A DNA stretch of 30,241 bases. It comes from a virus (taxonomy: Duplodnaviria; Caudoviricetes). Location of the stretch: positions 1 through 30,241 of IMG/VR virus record IMGVR_UViG_3300029183_000026; one strand, written 5' to 3'. How positions within the stretch are numbered: position 1 is the first letter of the stretch; every line of letters starts with the position of its first letter. The notes beneath the pieces were generated by a model. The model did not search any database. It was not told where the DNA came from and was given only the letters and a program-made list of their open reading frames with translations. Of this stretch, positions 1 through 7,977 are shown in pieces. The position numbers were made by a program, and so were the translations under genes.

Positions 1-17
1 GTTTCCCAGTCACGATC
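1..17 (+). other. Random-amplification (SISPA / round A-B) primer tag, library artefact
   Basis: GTTTCCCAGTCACGATC is the constant part of the widely used primer GTTTCCCAGTCACGATC-N9; its reverse complement is at the other end. Confidence 0.95.
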
Positions 18-254
18 TACTATAAACCAGAGAAATCCTTTTACAAAATTTTCTTCATTAGCCAAAACATACAAATGATTGAATGGATTCAATTTTTTTC
101 CATCTTTATCATCAATCAAGCAGTTTATCTCCTGATATTTGTAAAAGTCATCGACTGTAAAATCCCGATCTCTGATCTGTTCGACCAGATATTTAGGAAT
201 ATGTATCGGGGAGAAAACTCTCACCCATCTAAGTTCATCAATATTTTCACTCAT
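18..254 (-). CDS. Partial (3'-truncated) protein, possibly the GNAT-fold/acetyltransferase-like protein that often follows podovirus tail genes
   Basis: Not in the ORF track. ATG at 254 overlaps the upstream stop (ATGA); reads MSENIDELRWVRVFSPIHIPKYLVEQ...NHLYVLANEENFVKGFLWFIV, open to the contig edge. Function inferred from position and the HLYVL..E....GFLWF pattern. Confidence 0.6.
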
Positions 255-820
255 CTTTCTTCCGCCTGTCCTATGTACCTAATGTGGCCTATAAGTTGAC
301 CTGCTGCTACTGAACCTTGATTTGCTGTTGTAAATCCACTTCCACAGTTCCATATTTCACCGCGATAAGTGTCATCTATAGCATTAATCACACACTCAGT
401 TCCGCCCGTATATGTAAAGATGGACGGCTGCACCACGCCAACAAAGGGTTTTTCTTCGGTTACTGCAACTTTATAAGGCAACTCCACATACATATTGCCA
501 GTAATTGCTCCACTATTTGCTGTCCATTTGATATCGTACCAAACGTCAACAAATATTCCTTGTCGTAATACCCATCCAATCTGATGGTCATACGTAAAAG
601 TTGTTCCAGAATTTGCTGTATCTTTTAAAATTGGAGTCCAACGTCTATTAGGCTCTGAAAAATTTGCTCTTATGTCTCCATTAATTCCTTGAGCAAGCTG
701 CTCATACATTCTCTGTAAAGAAAAGATGAGCTCTCGAAAATATCTATCCAATGATTCAGGATTTCCACTCTTTATCTGCTCACTATGTACAGGTAAAATG
801 ATATTAGAAGGAACTGTCAT
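251..820 (-). CDS. Virion protein with C-terminal beta-sandwich tail-fibre-type domain
   Basis: WTPIL..TFTY..QIG....G..V.V......G...GNMYVELPY pattern shared with 27179..27604 and 27601..28020; coupled to both neighbours. Confidence 0.6.
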   Translation of the reverse strand: MTVPSNIILPVHSEQIKSGNPESLDRYFRELIFSLQRMYEQLAQGINGDIRANFSEPNRRWTPILKDTANSGTTFTYDHQIGWVLRQGIFVDVWYDIKWTANSGAITGNMYVELPYKVAVTEEKPFVGVVQPSIFTYTGGTECVINAIDDTYRGEIWNCGSGFTTANQGSVAAGQLIGHIRYIGQAEER

Positions 821-3021
821 CTAAGTGTCCTCTTTCCTCTTGGCCTAAACCATGGCTTAATTGCATGAATCTTAAAAGGTCGGTTACTTCCTTCGCTTTC
901 TATCTTGATAGAATGAACATATCCAATTCCACCACCATATACTCGCTTCCATACCTTTGTTCTATAGAATTTCCTCTCAAAGATCTGACCGTTTCCTGTA
1001 TAGGTGCCAAATCCTGTTGCATCGACACCAACAGTAAAAGTATCTTCATTTATAACAGTCACTTGGAATTCAAGATCATTTGCTTGAACCATTCCCTCTA
1101 CACCGTAGATATAAATAATATCTCCTGTCGCAAGTCCATGGTTGCCAGAAGAAATCGTAAGCCCTTGAGTAGGGTCTCCACCATCTGTTAAAACAATATT
1201 ATTTATAGAACTTTTATATCCTAAATCAGGGATCAGATCCATTCCCTGAGATACATACGATGTTTCACTATCGTTCTTATAAAACTCTATGGAAAGATTA
1301 GTCTGTTGGTCACTATCACAATAAAAATCAATATATCCAAGTTGTGCTTCTACACCTTGTTCTTTAAATGGATTCCAACCAGAACTTTCTAAAACAAACT
1401 GAATGCTAGTTCCGTCATCACTTCCTTCAGTTTCTAAAATATGGATCGCTCCATTCCTATCACCACCAAGAAAGATCTCTGCTGTTTGAGACCAAAAGAA
1501 AGAAAGAGCTGTTTCATCGTTTAACTCAGAAGCAGAAACATCTAGGTTATTAGCTTCAATGAAGTCTTGAGCAGCATAATCAATAGAAACGCCACCATAT
1601 CCAAGAACATTCATATCTACTACAGAATCGTTCACTTCACGAGTAAACTCATATTTAGAGTAAGCTCCAGATTCATCATCATAAATCAAAGCTGCGTTTG
1701 CTTCTGCGCTTTCAGCCTCAGGATAAAGAATCCATGTACGACGACTTTGATAACTTCTTAATCCAAATACCTTTCCAAACTGACTATCATTAATTAAATC
1801 ATCAGTGAAATCTTCGATCCTCTCATCTACGCGACGAGTTTCAACCCCATCAGTAGCTGTAATCCCACGCTGACCAAGAGCCACAATATACCTATCATAG
1901 CCAACAGTTGCCATTTTTCCATCACAAGCTCTAAAATCATTAATTTTATCCCAACGAAAAGGAAGGGATGGATCTGAAACAGGACGAAGAGTCCAGACTG
2001 AATCAGTAAAATTAACAATAATAATATCTTGTAAAGCACGTGCAGAAATAATCTGCTCACCAGTTGGGGCATCAACAAAACCTCCTCCCCCAGGAGTTAC
2101 ATCATCCCAATTACCTGGATCTTGAGCAGCGCACCACCTAGCTCTTTGTGGAAAAGTTTCAGTACTTGCACCATTAAATTCAAAAGTATGTAGACAAACT
2201 AATCTTTGTCTAAGACTAAACAGAAGTTTACAACCATAAAGGGTATCAGTAGAATTTAAAGTGGGTTGAAATTGATTAACTTGATGAGACGAAGTATCAT
2301 AATATAAGATACCATCCGTACCTGGGGTAGCTCCCGTAAAAGATTTACCATTACTGATGTATACTCTATTAACTGAACCGGCATGTTGCCAATTAGAGGC
2401 CCATATATAATCAAGATCAGTTGATGCCAATGCATCCGAATCTGTTCTAAGAGTAGATGTGCTGTCAAAAAGATCCAAAGGCTCAAATATTTGAGATGTC
2501 GCATTGTATATTGCTACTCTTTGAGTGTCTGATATTAAAAGTTCTCTAGTATTATCTGATCCGATGTAACGGAAGATACCCATGATACGTAGACCTTCAA
2601 ACGTACCTAATCGACCAGAGTTTGCTGTATATGCTCCAAGAGTAGTCCCATCTACCGGAGTCCCTCCAGAGTCTGTTAATGTGAATGTTGTTGGACTTAC
2701 AACAGTTATTGTATATTTTAAACTATTTAAGTTAGCCCAGCTTCCACCGGCAAGGTAGTGCAACGAGACATTATCACCAGTAGTAAGATCAGCAGTACTA
2801 GCAATAGTAAATACCGCAGGATTTGCATTTGTTGCTGCACTAATAGGTCTTCCATGTACCATATCTCCTAAAAATCGATACCCTTGCCTTTTTTCAATAT
2901 ATCCATGATGAATATGCCCGTTTTCAATATTTTGAAAAGCATCCACAGGAAGAAGCCATGGTTCTTGATCTGTATCAAGTCCAGTTCCAAATGGAGCAAT
3001 TAAAAACGGTTGATATCCCAC
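817..3021 (-). CDS. Tail nozzle / packaged-DNA stabilisation protein (P22 gp10 / T7 gp12-like) with two E1-FCCH-like insertions
   Basis: 734 aa, beta-propeller-like segments (RLVCL..FPQRARWCAAQDPGNW, GERGITATDG-type), position after the adaptor gene; HGLATGD.I.I.GVEGM...N motif. Confidence 0.7.
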   Translation of the reverse strand: MGYQPFLIAPFGTGLDTDQEPWLLPVDAFQNIENGHIHHGYIEKRQGYRFLGDMVHGRPISAATNANPAVFTIASTADLTTGDNVSLHYLAGGSWANLNSLKYTITVVSPTTFTLTDSGGTPVDGTTLGAYTANSGRLGTFEGLRIMGIFRYIGSDNTRELLISDTQRVAIYNATSQIFEPLDLFDSTSTLRTDSDALASTDLDYIWASNWQHAGSVNRVYISNGKSFTGATPGTDGILYYDTSSHQVNQFQPTLNSTDTLYGCKLLFSLRQRLVCLHTFEFNGASTETFPQRARWCAAQDPGNWDDVTPGGGGFVDAPTGEQIISARALQDIIIVNFTDSVWTLRPVSDPSLPFRWDKINDFRACDGKMATVGYDRYIVALGQRGITATDGVETRRVDERIEDFTDDLINDSQFGKVFGLRSYQSRRTWILYPEAESAEANAALIYDDESGAYSKYEFTREVNDSVVDMNVLGYGGVSIDYAAQDFIEANNLDVSASELNDETALSFFWSQTAEIFLGGDRNGAIHILETEGSDDGTSIQFVLESSGWNPFKEQGVEAQLGYIDFYCDSDQQTNLSIEFYKNDSETSYVSQGMDLIPDLGYKSSINNIVLTDGGDPTQGLTISSGNHGLATGDIIYIYGVEGMVQANDLEFQVTVINEDTFTVGVDATGFGTYTGNGQIFERKFYRTKVWKRVYGGGIGYVHSIKIESEGSNRPFKIHAIKPWFRPRGKRTLR

Positions 3022-3686
3022 TAAGATCTTCCACCATAAATTGTTATTGTAAATGCCCTATCTACACTTGTTCCATTCTGATTCTTTATAAGTACCTGAA
3101 AATTATTGATATTCTTAGAAAAATAATTGCAAATATGAGGATTATCTCCAGTACTTGTATTTTCACATGTAACATTCACCCCATAATTTACGGTGCTTTG
3201 AGGAGTAGTAAATGTAACTGTATATCTTCCTGTTGAATTCCTTACCGCAGTGATTCCTCCACTAGAGGCAACAACAGCTCCTCCTGAAGATATAATTGCC
3301 CAATAAGCAATCATATTTGTAGAAGAATATGTAGATGTCTCTGTACCAAACGAGATGTCCTGCGTAACAAATTGAGTGTTCTGTGATCCTAACTTACCTG
3401 CTTCTGTAATTTGATAGTTATTTGCTGGAGATCTGTCATCTAATATCCAAAGCTCTGTTTCACCTGCACCATCTTGCTTAGAAAACAAAATCATTGTGTT
3501 ATCTGCACGTGTTGGGTCATTAGTTGGTGGGGGTGCACCAGGAACAGAGTTCCTCTCAATAAAATTAACTTGCCAATATTTAAGGGTGATATCACCTTCT
3601 TCAATCGCTGAGAAATTATCTGTTAAAACCGTTGGATAATTTCTTATCTTCGTTGCGTTTGTCGGTAAGGTCTTATCAAATGCCAT
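3021..3686 (-). CDS. Virion/tail-fibre-like protein
   Basis: C-terminal AYWAIISSGG...RNSTGRYTVTFTTP....NYGV beta-domain typical of phage fibre tips; lies in the structural operon. Confidence 0.55.
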   Translation of the reverse strand: MAFDKTLPTNATKIRNYPTVLTDNFSAIEEGDITLKYWQVNFIERNSVPGAPPPTNDPTRADNTMILFSKQDGAGETELWILDDRSPANNYQITEAGKLGSQNTQFVTQDISFGTETSTYSSTNMIAYWAIISSGGAVVASSGGITAVRNSTGRYTVTFTTPQSTVNYGVNVTCENTSTGDNPHICNYFSKNINNFQVLIKNQNGTSVDRAFTITIYGGRS

Positions 3687-3695
3687 TATTACTCC

Positions 3696-4616
3696 TCAAA
3701 AAAACGGTTGTGCTCTTGTGTTGAGCAAATTCTGGTTAGTTCTCTTTAATACATATGCTAATTGTTCCTTATAAAGCGCTGTTACTTCTCCATAAGCATC
3801 CATTTCACCCTTATCAGCATGAATATCTCTTGATGTTCCATAAGCAATGCAAGGGCCCCATTGATCTAAAAGAGGCCTATCTGTTGCATTTACAAACTGA
3901 ACAGCATTAGCTCCTAAAGCTGTCGTCACTAAAGTGTTTGCATAAGCTTTGGTTCTAAATCGATATGAAGTATCTGGAACAGGAAAAAAGGTGAACTGAT
4001 TATTATATAACAATACTGCCTCTGGTCTTCCTGCTTGAAATTGTATATAAGAATACTCAACAGAAGCTCCCGATATAGGAGCTGTATTGAATGTCACGTT
4101 AACAACACCTGTAGACATATTTAACGTACCAGACCCACCAAGAGAACCAGTTAGAGCAACGTTTGCTGTCGTATAAGCTGTGCTTGTATCCTGAAAAACT
4201 TCATTTCCATCCGTAACAACTGTTTGTCCAGGAAGAAGAGGGAAATTACCAGCTGTTCCATTAAAAGCTATAGTAGTCCCATCTCCTGTTCCAATATTTT
4301 GTCTTCCGATGTTTTCAGGATTATTATCGTAAAAGGATGATGGCTCCTGGTACCAAAGTACAGAAAGTCGATCGACTGTAGCTGGAGGCTCAAAATTTAC
4401 ATACCCTGTTGGTAAAGTATATGACTGTTGATTGGCTACAGTCAAAAACTCATAGTAAGTATGAAACCTTTCAAGCTTTAACTCTGCAGGAAATGTATAT
4501 TGAAAATATTTATTAATATACTCATCCAACTGCTCATTAGTGATTTCTTGAGGAGAAAACCTTCCAGTTACTTGCCTGACTTTTTGCCTGATCTCTGATA
4601 AATCCCACTGAGCCAT
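3696..4616 (-). CDS. Head-tail adaptor / tail tubular protein A-like
   Basis: N-terminal LSEIRQKVRQVTG...LDEYIN helix, YTLP, FFPVPD.SY and helical C-terminus; GAGG RBS; canonical position. Confidence 0.7.
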   Translation of the reverse strand: MAQWDLSEIRQKVRQVTGRFSPQEITNEQLDEYINKYFQYTFPAELKLERFHTYYEFLTVANQQSYTLPTGYVNFEPPATVDRLSVLWYQEPSSFYDNNPENIGRQNIGTGDGTTIAFNGTAGNFPLLPGQTVVTDGNEVFQDTSTAYTTANVALTGSLGGSGTLNMSTGVVNVTFNTAPISGASVEYSYIQFQAGRPEAVLLYNNQFTFFPVPDTSYRFRTKAYANTLVTTALGANAVQFVNATDRPLLDQWGPCIAYGTSRDIHADKGEMDAYGEVTALYKEQLAYVLKRTNQNLLNTRAQPFF

Positions 4617-4625
4617 CCTTACCTC

Positions 4626-4994
4626 TTATTCAAATACTTCTCGCATCTGGAAGCGAGAATTTCTTCCCTTTAATGTCTTTTGCATACTTCCAGTTCCATC
4701 AGGCTGCCATCCCCATATAGGAGTACTCCTTGATTCTACGTGTCTAGCAATGAATCTAGGAACAAGATATTTTCCACCATGTTCGAACTCAAAAGTATGT
4801 TTGTTGCTTGCATTCCCATAAGAAAATTTCTGTCCAAGTCCAGGCTCTTCAAGATTCATAAATTCATAATTTACGACCTCACGTAGATGCTTTTCTTCTT
4901 TTTCAGAAAATTTTCTATTTGGATTAACCGGATCGATGATAGGAAGCTTTTGAAGCTTTCTTTCATGCACTTTATCAATGGTTGCTTTTTCCAT
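4626..4994 (-). CDS. Hypothetical protein of the head operon
   Basis: 122-aa ORF with AAGGAG RBS; in operon. Confidence 0.7.
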   Translation of the reverse strand: MEKATIDKVHERKLQKLPIIDPVNPNRKFSEKEEKHLREVVNYEFMNLEEPGLGQKFSYGNASNKHTFEFEHGGKYLVPRFIARHVESRSTPIWGWQPDGTGSMQKTLKGRNSRFQMREVFE

Positions 4995-5008
4995 ATTCCA
5001 TACTCCTT

Positions 5009-5037
5009 AAAAAAGGAGAGAGAACAAGTCTCTCTCC
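5009..5037 (-). terminator. Intrinsic terminator after the capsid/decoration genes
   Basis: Minus strand GGAGAGAGA-CTTGT-TCTCTCTCC followed by T6. Confidence 0.8.
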
Positions 5038-5044
5038 ACTATTG

Positions 5045-5644
5045 TTATACTACAGGCTCTTCGCCGTAGAAAATAGCAACCATAGAAGCGCTGTTCGCTC
5101 CTACACAGCCAGTACCAAGGGTAACCCCTCGAATAGCTTGGTTCTCAATTGGAATAGATACTCCATTAGTGTCAGAAACGCGTACTGCGAATCCTCCAGA
5201 AACGTATGCACTAAAACCTGAGTTGGTCGCTTCGTTTAATGTAATAGTTGTAGCTGTAACAGACGCAACGGTGAAAGTACCGTTTAAACTGTTAGCAGCA
5301 GCTCCATCATCTGCAAGACCAGACACTTTAATAGTGTCACCTGCAGCAAAACCAAATGTTGCTGTATCATCAACAGTGATAACTCCTGGTGATGCATTAG
5401 TGAAACCGCTAATCGCAGCACCAACTCTGGTGTTTTGTGATAGTGGTGTCACCCCATTTGATGTGGTATAAGCAAGCGTTCCTAGAGTAAAATAGGAATC
5501 GTCAGCCATATCAGCTGTCCATTCAAAACGATTTGGCGTGGTAAGATCCCAGATCTCAACCTTTGCCACCTCGAATCCAACAGACTCGTTTCTTGCTACT
5601 GCTGTGCTTGGGTTAGTCCAACTTTTTCTTAAAATTTGTGCCAT
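5045..5644 (-). CDS. Putative capsid decoration/cement protein with E1-FCCH-like domain
   Basis: Directly after the major capsid gene and before a terminator; ISGFTNASPGVIT...GFAAGDTIKVSGL...LNGTFTV...FSAYVSGG. Confidence 0.6.
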   Translation of the reverse strand: MAQILRKSWTNPSTAVARNESVGFEVAKVEIWDLTTPNRFEWTADMADDSYFTLGTLAYTTSNGVTPLSQNTRVGAAISGFTNASPGVITVDDTATFGFAAGDTIKVSGLADDGAAANSLNGTFTVASVTATTITLNEATNSGFSAYVSGGFAVRVSDTNGVSIPIENQAIRGVTLGTGCVGANSASMVAIFYGEEPVV

Positions 5645-5654
5645 GATTCACCTC

Positions 5655-6599
5655 CTACGAATGTGTTGCTTCAAGATTCAACATAAATGCGTCATTTAAA
5701 ATCCTCGCAACGAAGGGGTGTTGCCATCCCACACTTCCTCTTTGATGCAGAGGATCGGCAGAACCAGCAGAACCAAGAGGTTCAACGTAAAACTCTCCAG
5801 TCTCAGATCCGAGGTGTACGACAGCGTATGCCTCTTTTCCGATAATGAAGTTGTTGTACACTGCAGGGCTTGCAGCTGTCACGCTTCCAACGGAAGTGTA
5901 AAGCCATCTTACGTTTCCTGTAGCTCCCCATTCAGCTTCCAAAACAGATTGCTGATTTGGATAGTTAGCTGAGTGAATGAAGTTTGAAACAGCTTCTAGA
6001 TCATCGAGCAATCCAGTATCAATATACGCCCAGAAAGCAGGTCGTACAGGAGCTGTTCCAAATGCATCACGTCCAACAACCACTTCAGAGACCATCTCAG
6101 CGTCGTTGTTCAAAAGAGTTTGAACAGCACTGTCGATATCTGCTTTAGTGAGTTCTGTTGGAGTCGATCCATTTACACCGTTAGAGCACTGCAAAACAGA
6201 GCTTGTAGATGCAAGAACATCTCTTGTGACCTCGTCCATAGTTTGAGCCAAGTTTTGCGCGAGCAGACGACTTGATTCATTTAAGACACGATCCTCTACG
6301 GTAAGTTCTACCTGATTCGTGATCGTTATGAAATTTCCGTAAAAATCAACACGAGCTTTGATATCAGTAACAGATAATGGTGCTCCTGGAGGAGTAATAC
6401 TATCTGTGAGCGGGATTGGCACAGTTGCTAACCGTGCATATCTACGGAAAACAATAGTGTCTCCCATTTTTTCGGGAAGAATACGTTTCTGAGCAAATTT
6501 TGTATGAATAAGCTGCGGGTATGCAGTCATTAACAAAAGACGATCATAGTATTCACGAACAGCTGGAGGCAGCACAGCAACGGTAGTTACGTTAGCCAT
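5655..6599 (-). CDS. Major capsid protein (N4-gp56-like family, HK97 fold)
   Basis: YYDRLLL...GDTIVFRRY, EAEWG..GNVRW and GSAGSADPLHQRGSVGW motifs; follows the scaffold gene. Confidence 0.88.
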   Translation of the reverse strand: MANVTTVAVLPPAVREYYDRLLLMTAYPQLIHTKFAQKRILPEKMGDTIVFRRYARLATVPIPLTDSITPPGAPLSVTDIKARVDFYGNFITITNQVELTVEDRVLNESSRLLAQNLAQTMDEVTRDVLASTSSVLQCSNGVNGSTPTELTKADIDSAVQTLLNNDAEMVSEVVVGRDAFGTAPVRPAFWAYIDTGLLDDLEAVSNFIHSANYPNQQSVLEAEWGATGNVRWLYTSVGSVTAASPAVYNNFIIGKEAYAVVHLGSETGEFYVEPLGSAGSADPLHQRGSVGWQHPFVARILNDAFMLNLEATHS

Positions 6600-6609
6600 A
6601 TTTTATCTC

Positions 6610-7284
6610 CTAGTAATAACCCAAGTTTTTTTGAACAGTCTTCTTGAAATCGTCATCGCTCATGTCTTTATATCGCTTAGCTTCACTTATTGGAGACGTT
6701 TGCCCAACACTTGAAAGTGATCCCGCCCTATTGGCGTTTTGAACTATGCGTTCTGCATCGGCATTCTTTTTCGTCTTCTTGTGATCAGCTTTAAAGCCCT
6801 CACTATTCTTAGCTAAGTAATACGCAAGCTCATAATCTTGCGAATTCTGAAGTGTTCCAGCTAAACTCGGATTTTGTTTAATAACTTCTGGTAAATACTG
6901 AGTGACGACCTGTTGATAATCAGGATACTTTTGAGTCATGCGAAGTTCTTGGATTGTCGTCTGAAATTTCTTTTCTTTGTCTACCAAGGCTCTTTTTAGA
7001 TCCTTAACAGTAAGAACATCATTTTCATCTAATCCATCAAAATCATCTTTTGACATTTCTTGTCTAGGTTGAGTTTGATTAGCTTGCATGAGTGTCAAAT
7101 GATCTTTCATCATCTTCAAATCGTCTTGTAGTTTTTGTCGCTCTGCCCTTTCAGCTTGTAAAGCATCAAGTGGTACCTGACGGTCCATTTGCTGCTCCTG
7201 CTGCATGGGTTCATTTGCTTCATTTACTACCGGAGCGGCGGCCTCCGAATTCTGTTCGCCCGAAAAGTTTGGTTCTTCGCTCAT
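6610..7284 (-). CDS. Capsid scaffolding protein
   Basis: Acidic/Gln-rich N-terminus, VPLDALQAERAERQ coiled coil, C-terminal YKDMSDDDF; immediately upstream of the capsid gene. Confidence 0.8.
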   Translation of the reverse strand: MSEEPNFSGEQNSEAAAPVVNEANEPMQQEQQMDRQVPLDALQAERAERQKLQDDLKMMKDHLTLMQANQTQPRQEMSKDDFDGLDENDVLTVKDLKRALVDKEKKFQTTIQELRMTQKYPDYQQVVTQYLPEVIKQNPSLAGTLQNSQDYELAYYLAKNSEGFKADHKKTKKNADAERIVQNANRAGSLSSVGQTSPISEAKRYKDMSDDDFKKTVQKNLGYY

Positions 7285-7324
7285 TGCGTGTTATTCCTTA
7301 ATTTGCGCCCGTTAGTCGGCGGCA

Positions 7325-7696
7325 CTATTTTGTTACGTATGCTCCTGGTATAGAGGTCGTTTCTACGACGGCCTCATCAGCTTCTTCAGCTCCAAAAGCT
7401 TTTAAAGCATCAAAATCAAAAGGCTTCTGTGGCATATTTACATCCCACGAGATAGTTCCTTTCTGATTGTTAACCTCACCTATAATCATTCCTACTTGAA
7501 CGGCAGGCTTTTTAAAGTAAGGTTTAATGTGCTTCATCAAGGTGGGTTTCCCATCAACGTTGACCTTGGCCGGTTTGGCAAACAGCACGATCCAATAGAG
7601 ATTTCTCAATTCCTTATTGGCGTCTAGAATCTGCTGTATAACCTTTTCATCGTCTTCAATGATCGCGTTGCGGGTTTCTCCAGTCTCTTGTTTCAT
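7325..7696 (-). CDS. Hypothetical protein
   Basis: 123-aa ORF between portal and scaffold, with RBS. Confidence 0.7.
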   Translation of the reverse strand: MKQETGETRNAIIEDDEKVIQQILDANKELRNLYWIVLFAKPAKVNVDGKPTLMKHIKPYFKKPAVQVGMIIGEVNNQKGTISWDVNMPQKPFDFDALKAFGAEEADEAVVETTSIPGAYVTK

Positions 7697-7707
7697 CCTC
7701 TAGTCTC

Positions 7708-7977
7708 CTAGTACTTATAATCGAAGGCTTTATCAGGAGAGCCTCTGTAGTCCATTGGCTTCATATCTACCTTTTTCATATCTTTTTTTTGAGCAGCAAA
7801 AGCATTGATGCCTTTTGGCATTTTTTCATGCCCCATGACACCCATTCCCATGCCTTTCATTCCGTAGGATTCATCTCGACGATCTTTATAACCTTGCTTC
7901 TTCATACGAGCAGGGCCATCTTTCATGCCAAGTTTTTCATCCATGCGGTCTTTCATACCTTGCATATATTTAGGCAT
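7708..7977 (-). CDS. Small Met/Lys-rich basic protein (89 aa)
   Basis: Start revised to ATG 7977 (GGAGG RBS, 8-nt overlap with the portal stop); MPKYMQGMKDRMDEKLGMK... Confidence 0.65.
   Translation of the reverse strand: MPKYMQGMKDRMDEKLGMKDGPARMKKQGYKDRRDESYGMKGMGMGVMGHEKMPKGINAFAAQKKDMKKVDMKPMDYRGSPDKAFDYKY

Noticed and set aside
75-299. Plus-strand 74-aa ORF and the other short ORFs opposite structural genes (e.g. 865..1191, 5169..5471, 26039..26299, 29762..30082)
   Set aside because: Shadows of well-supported minus-strand genes, with no recognisable motifs
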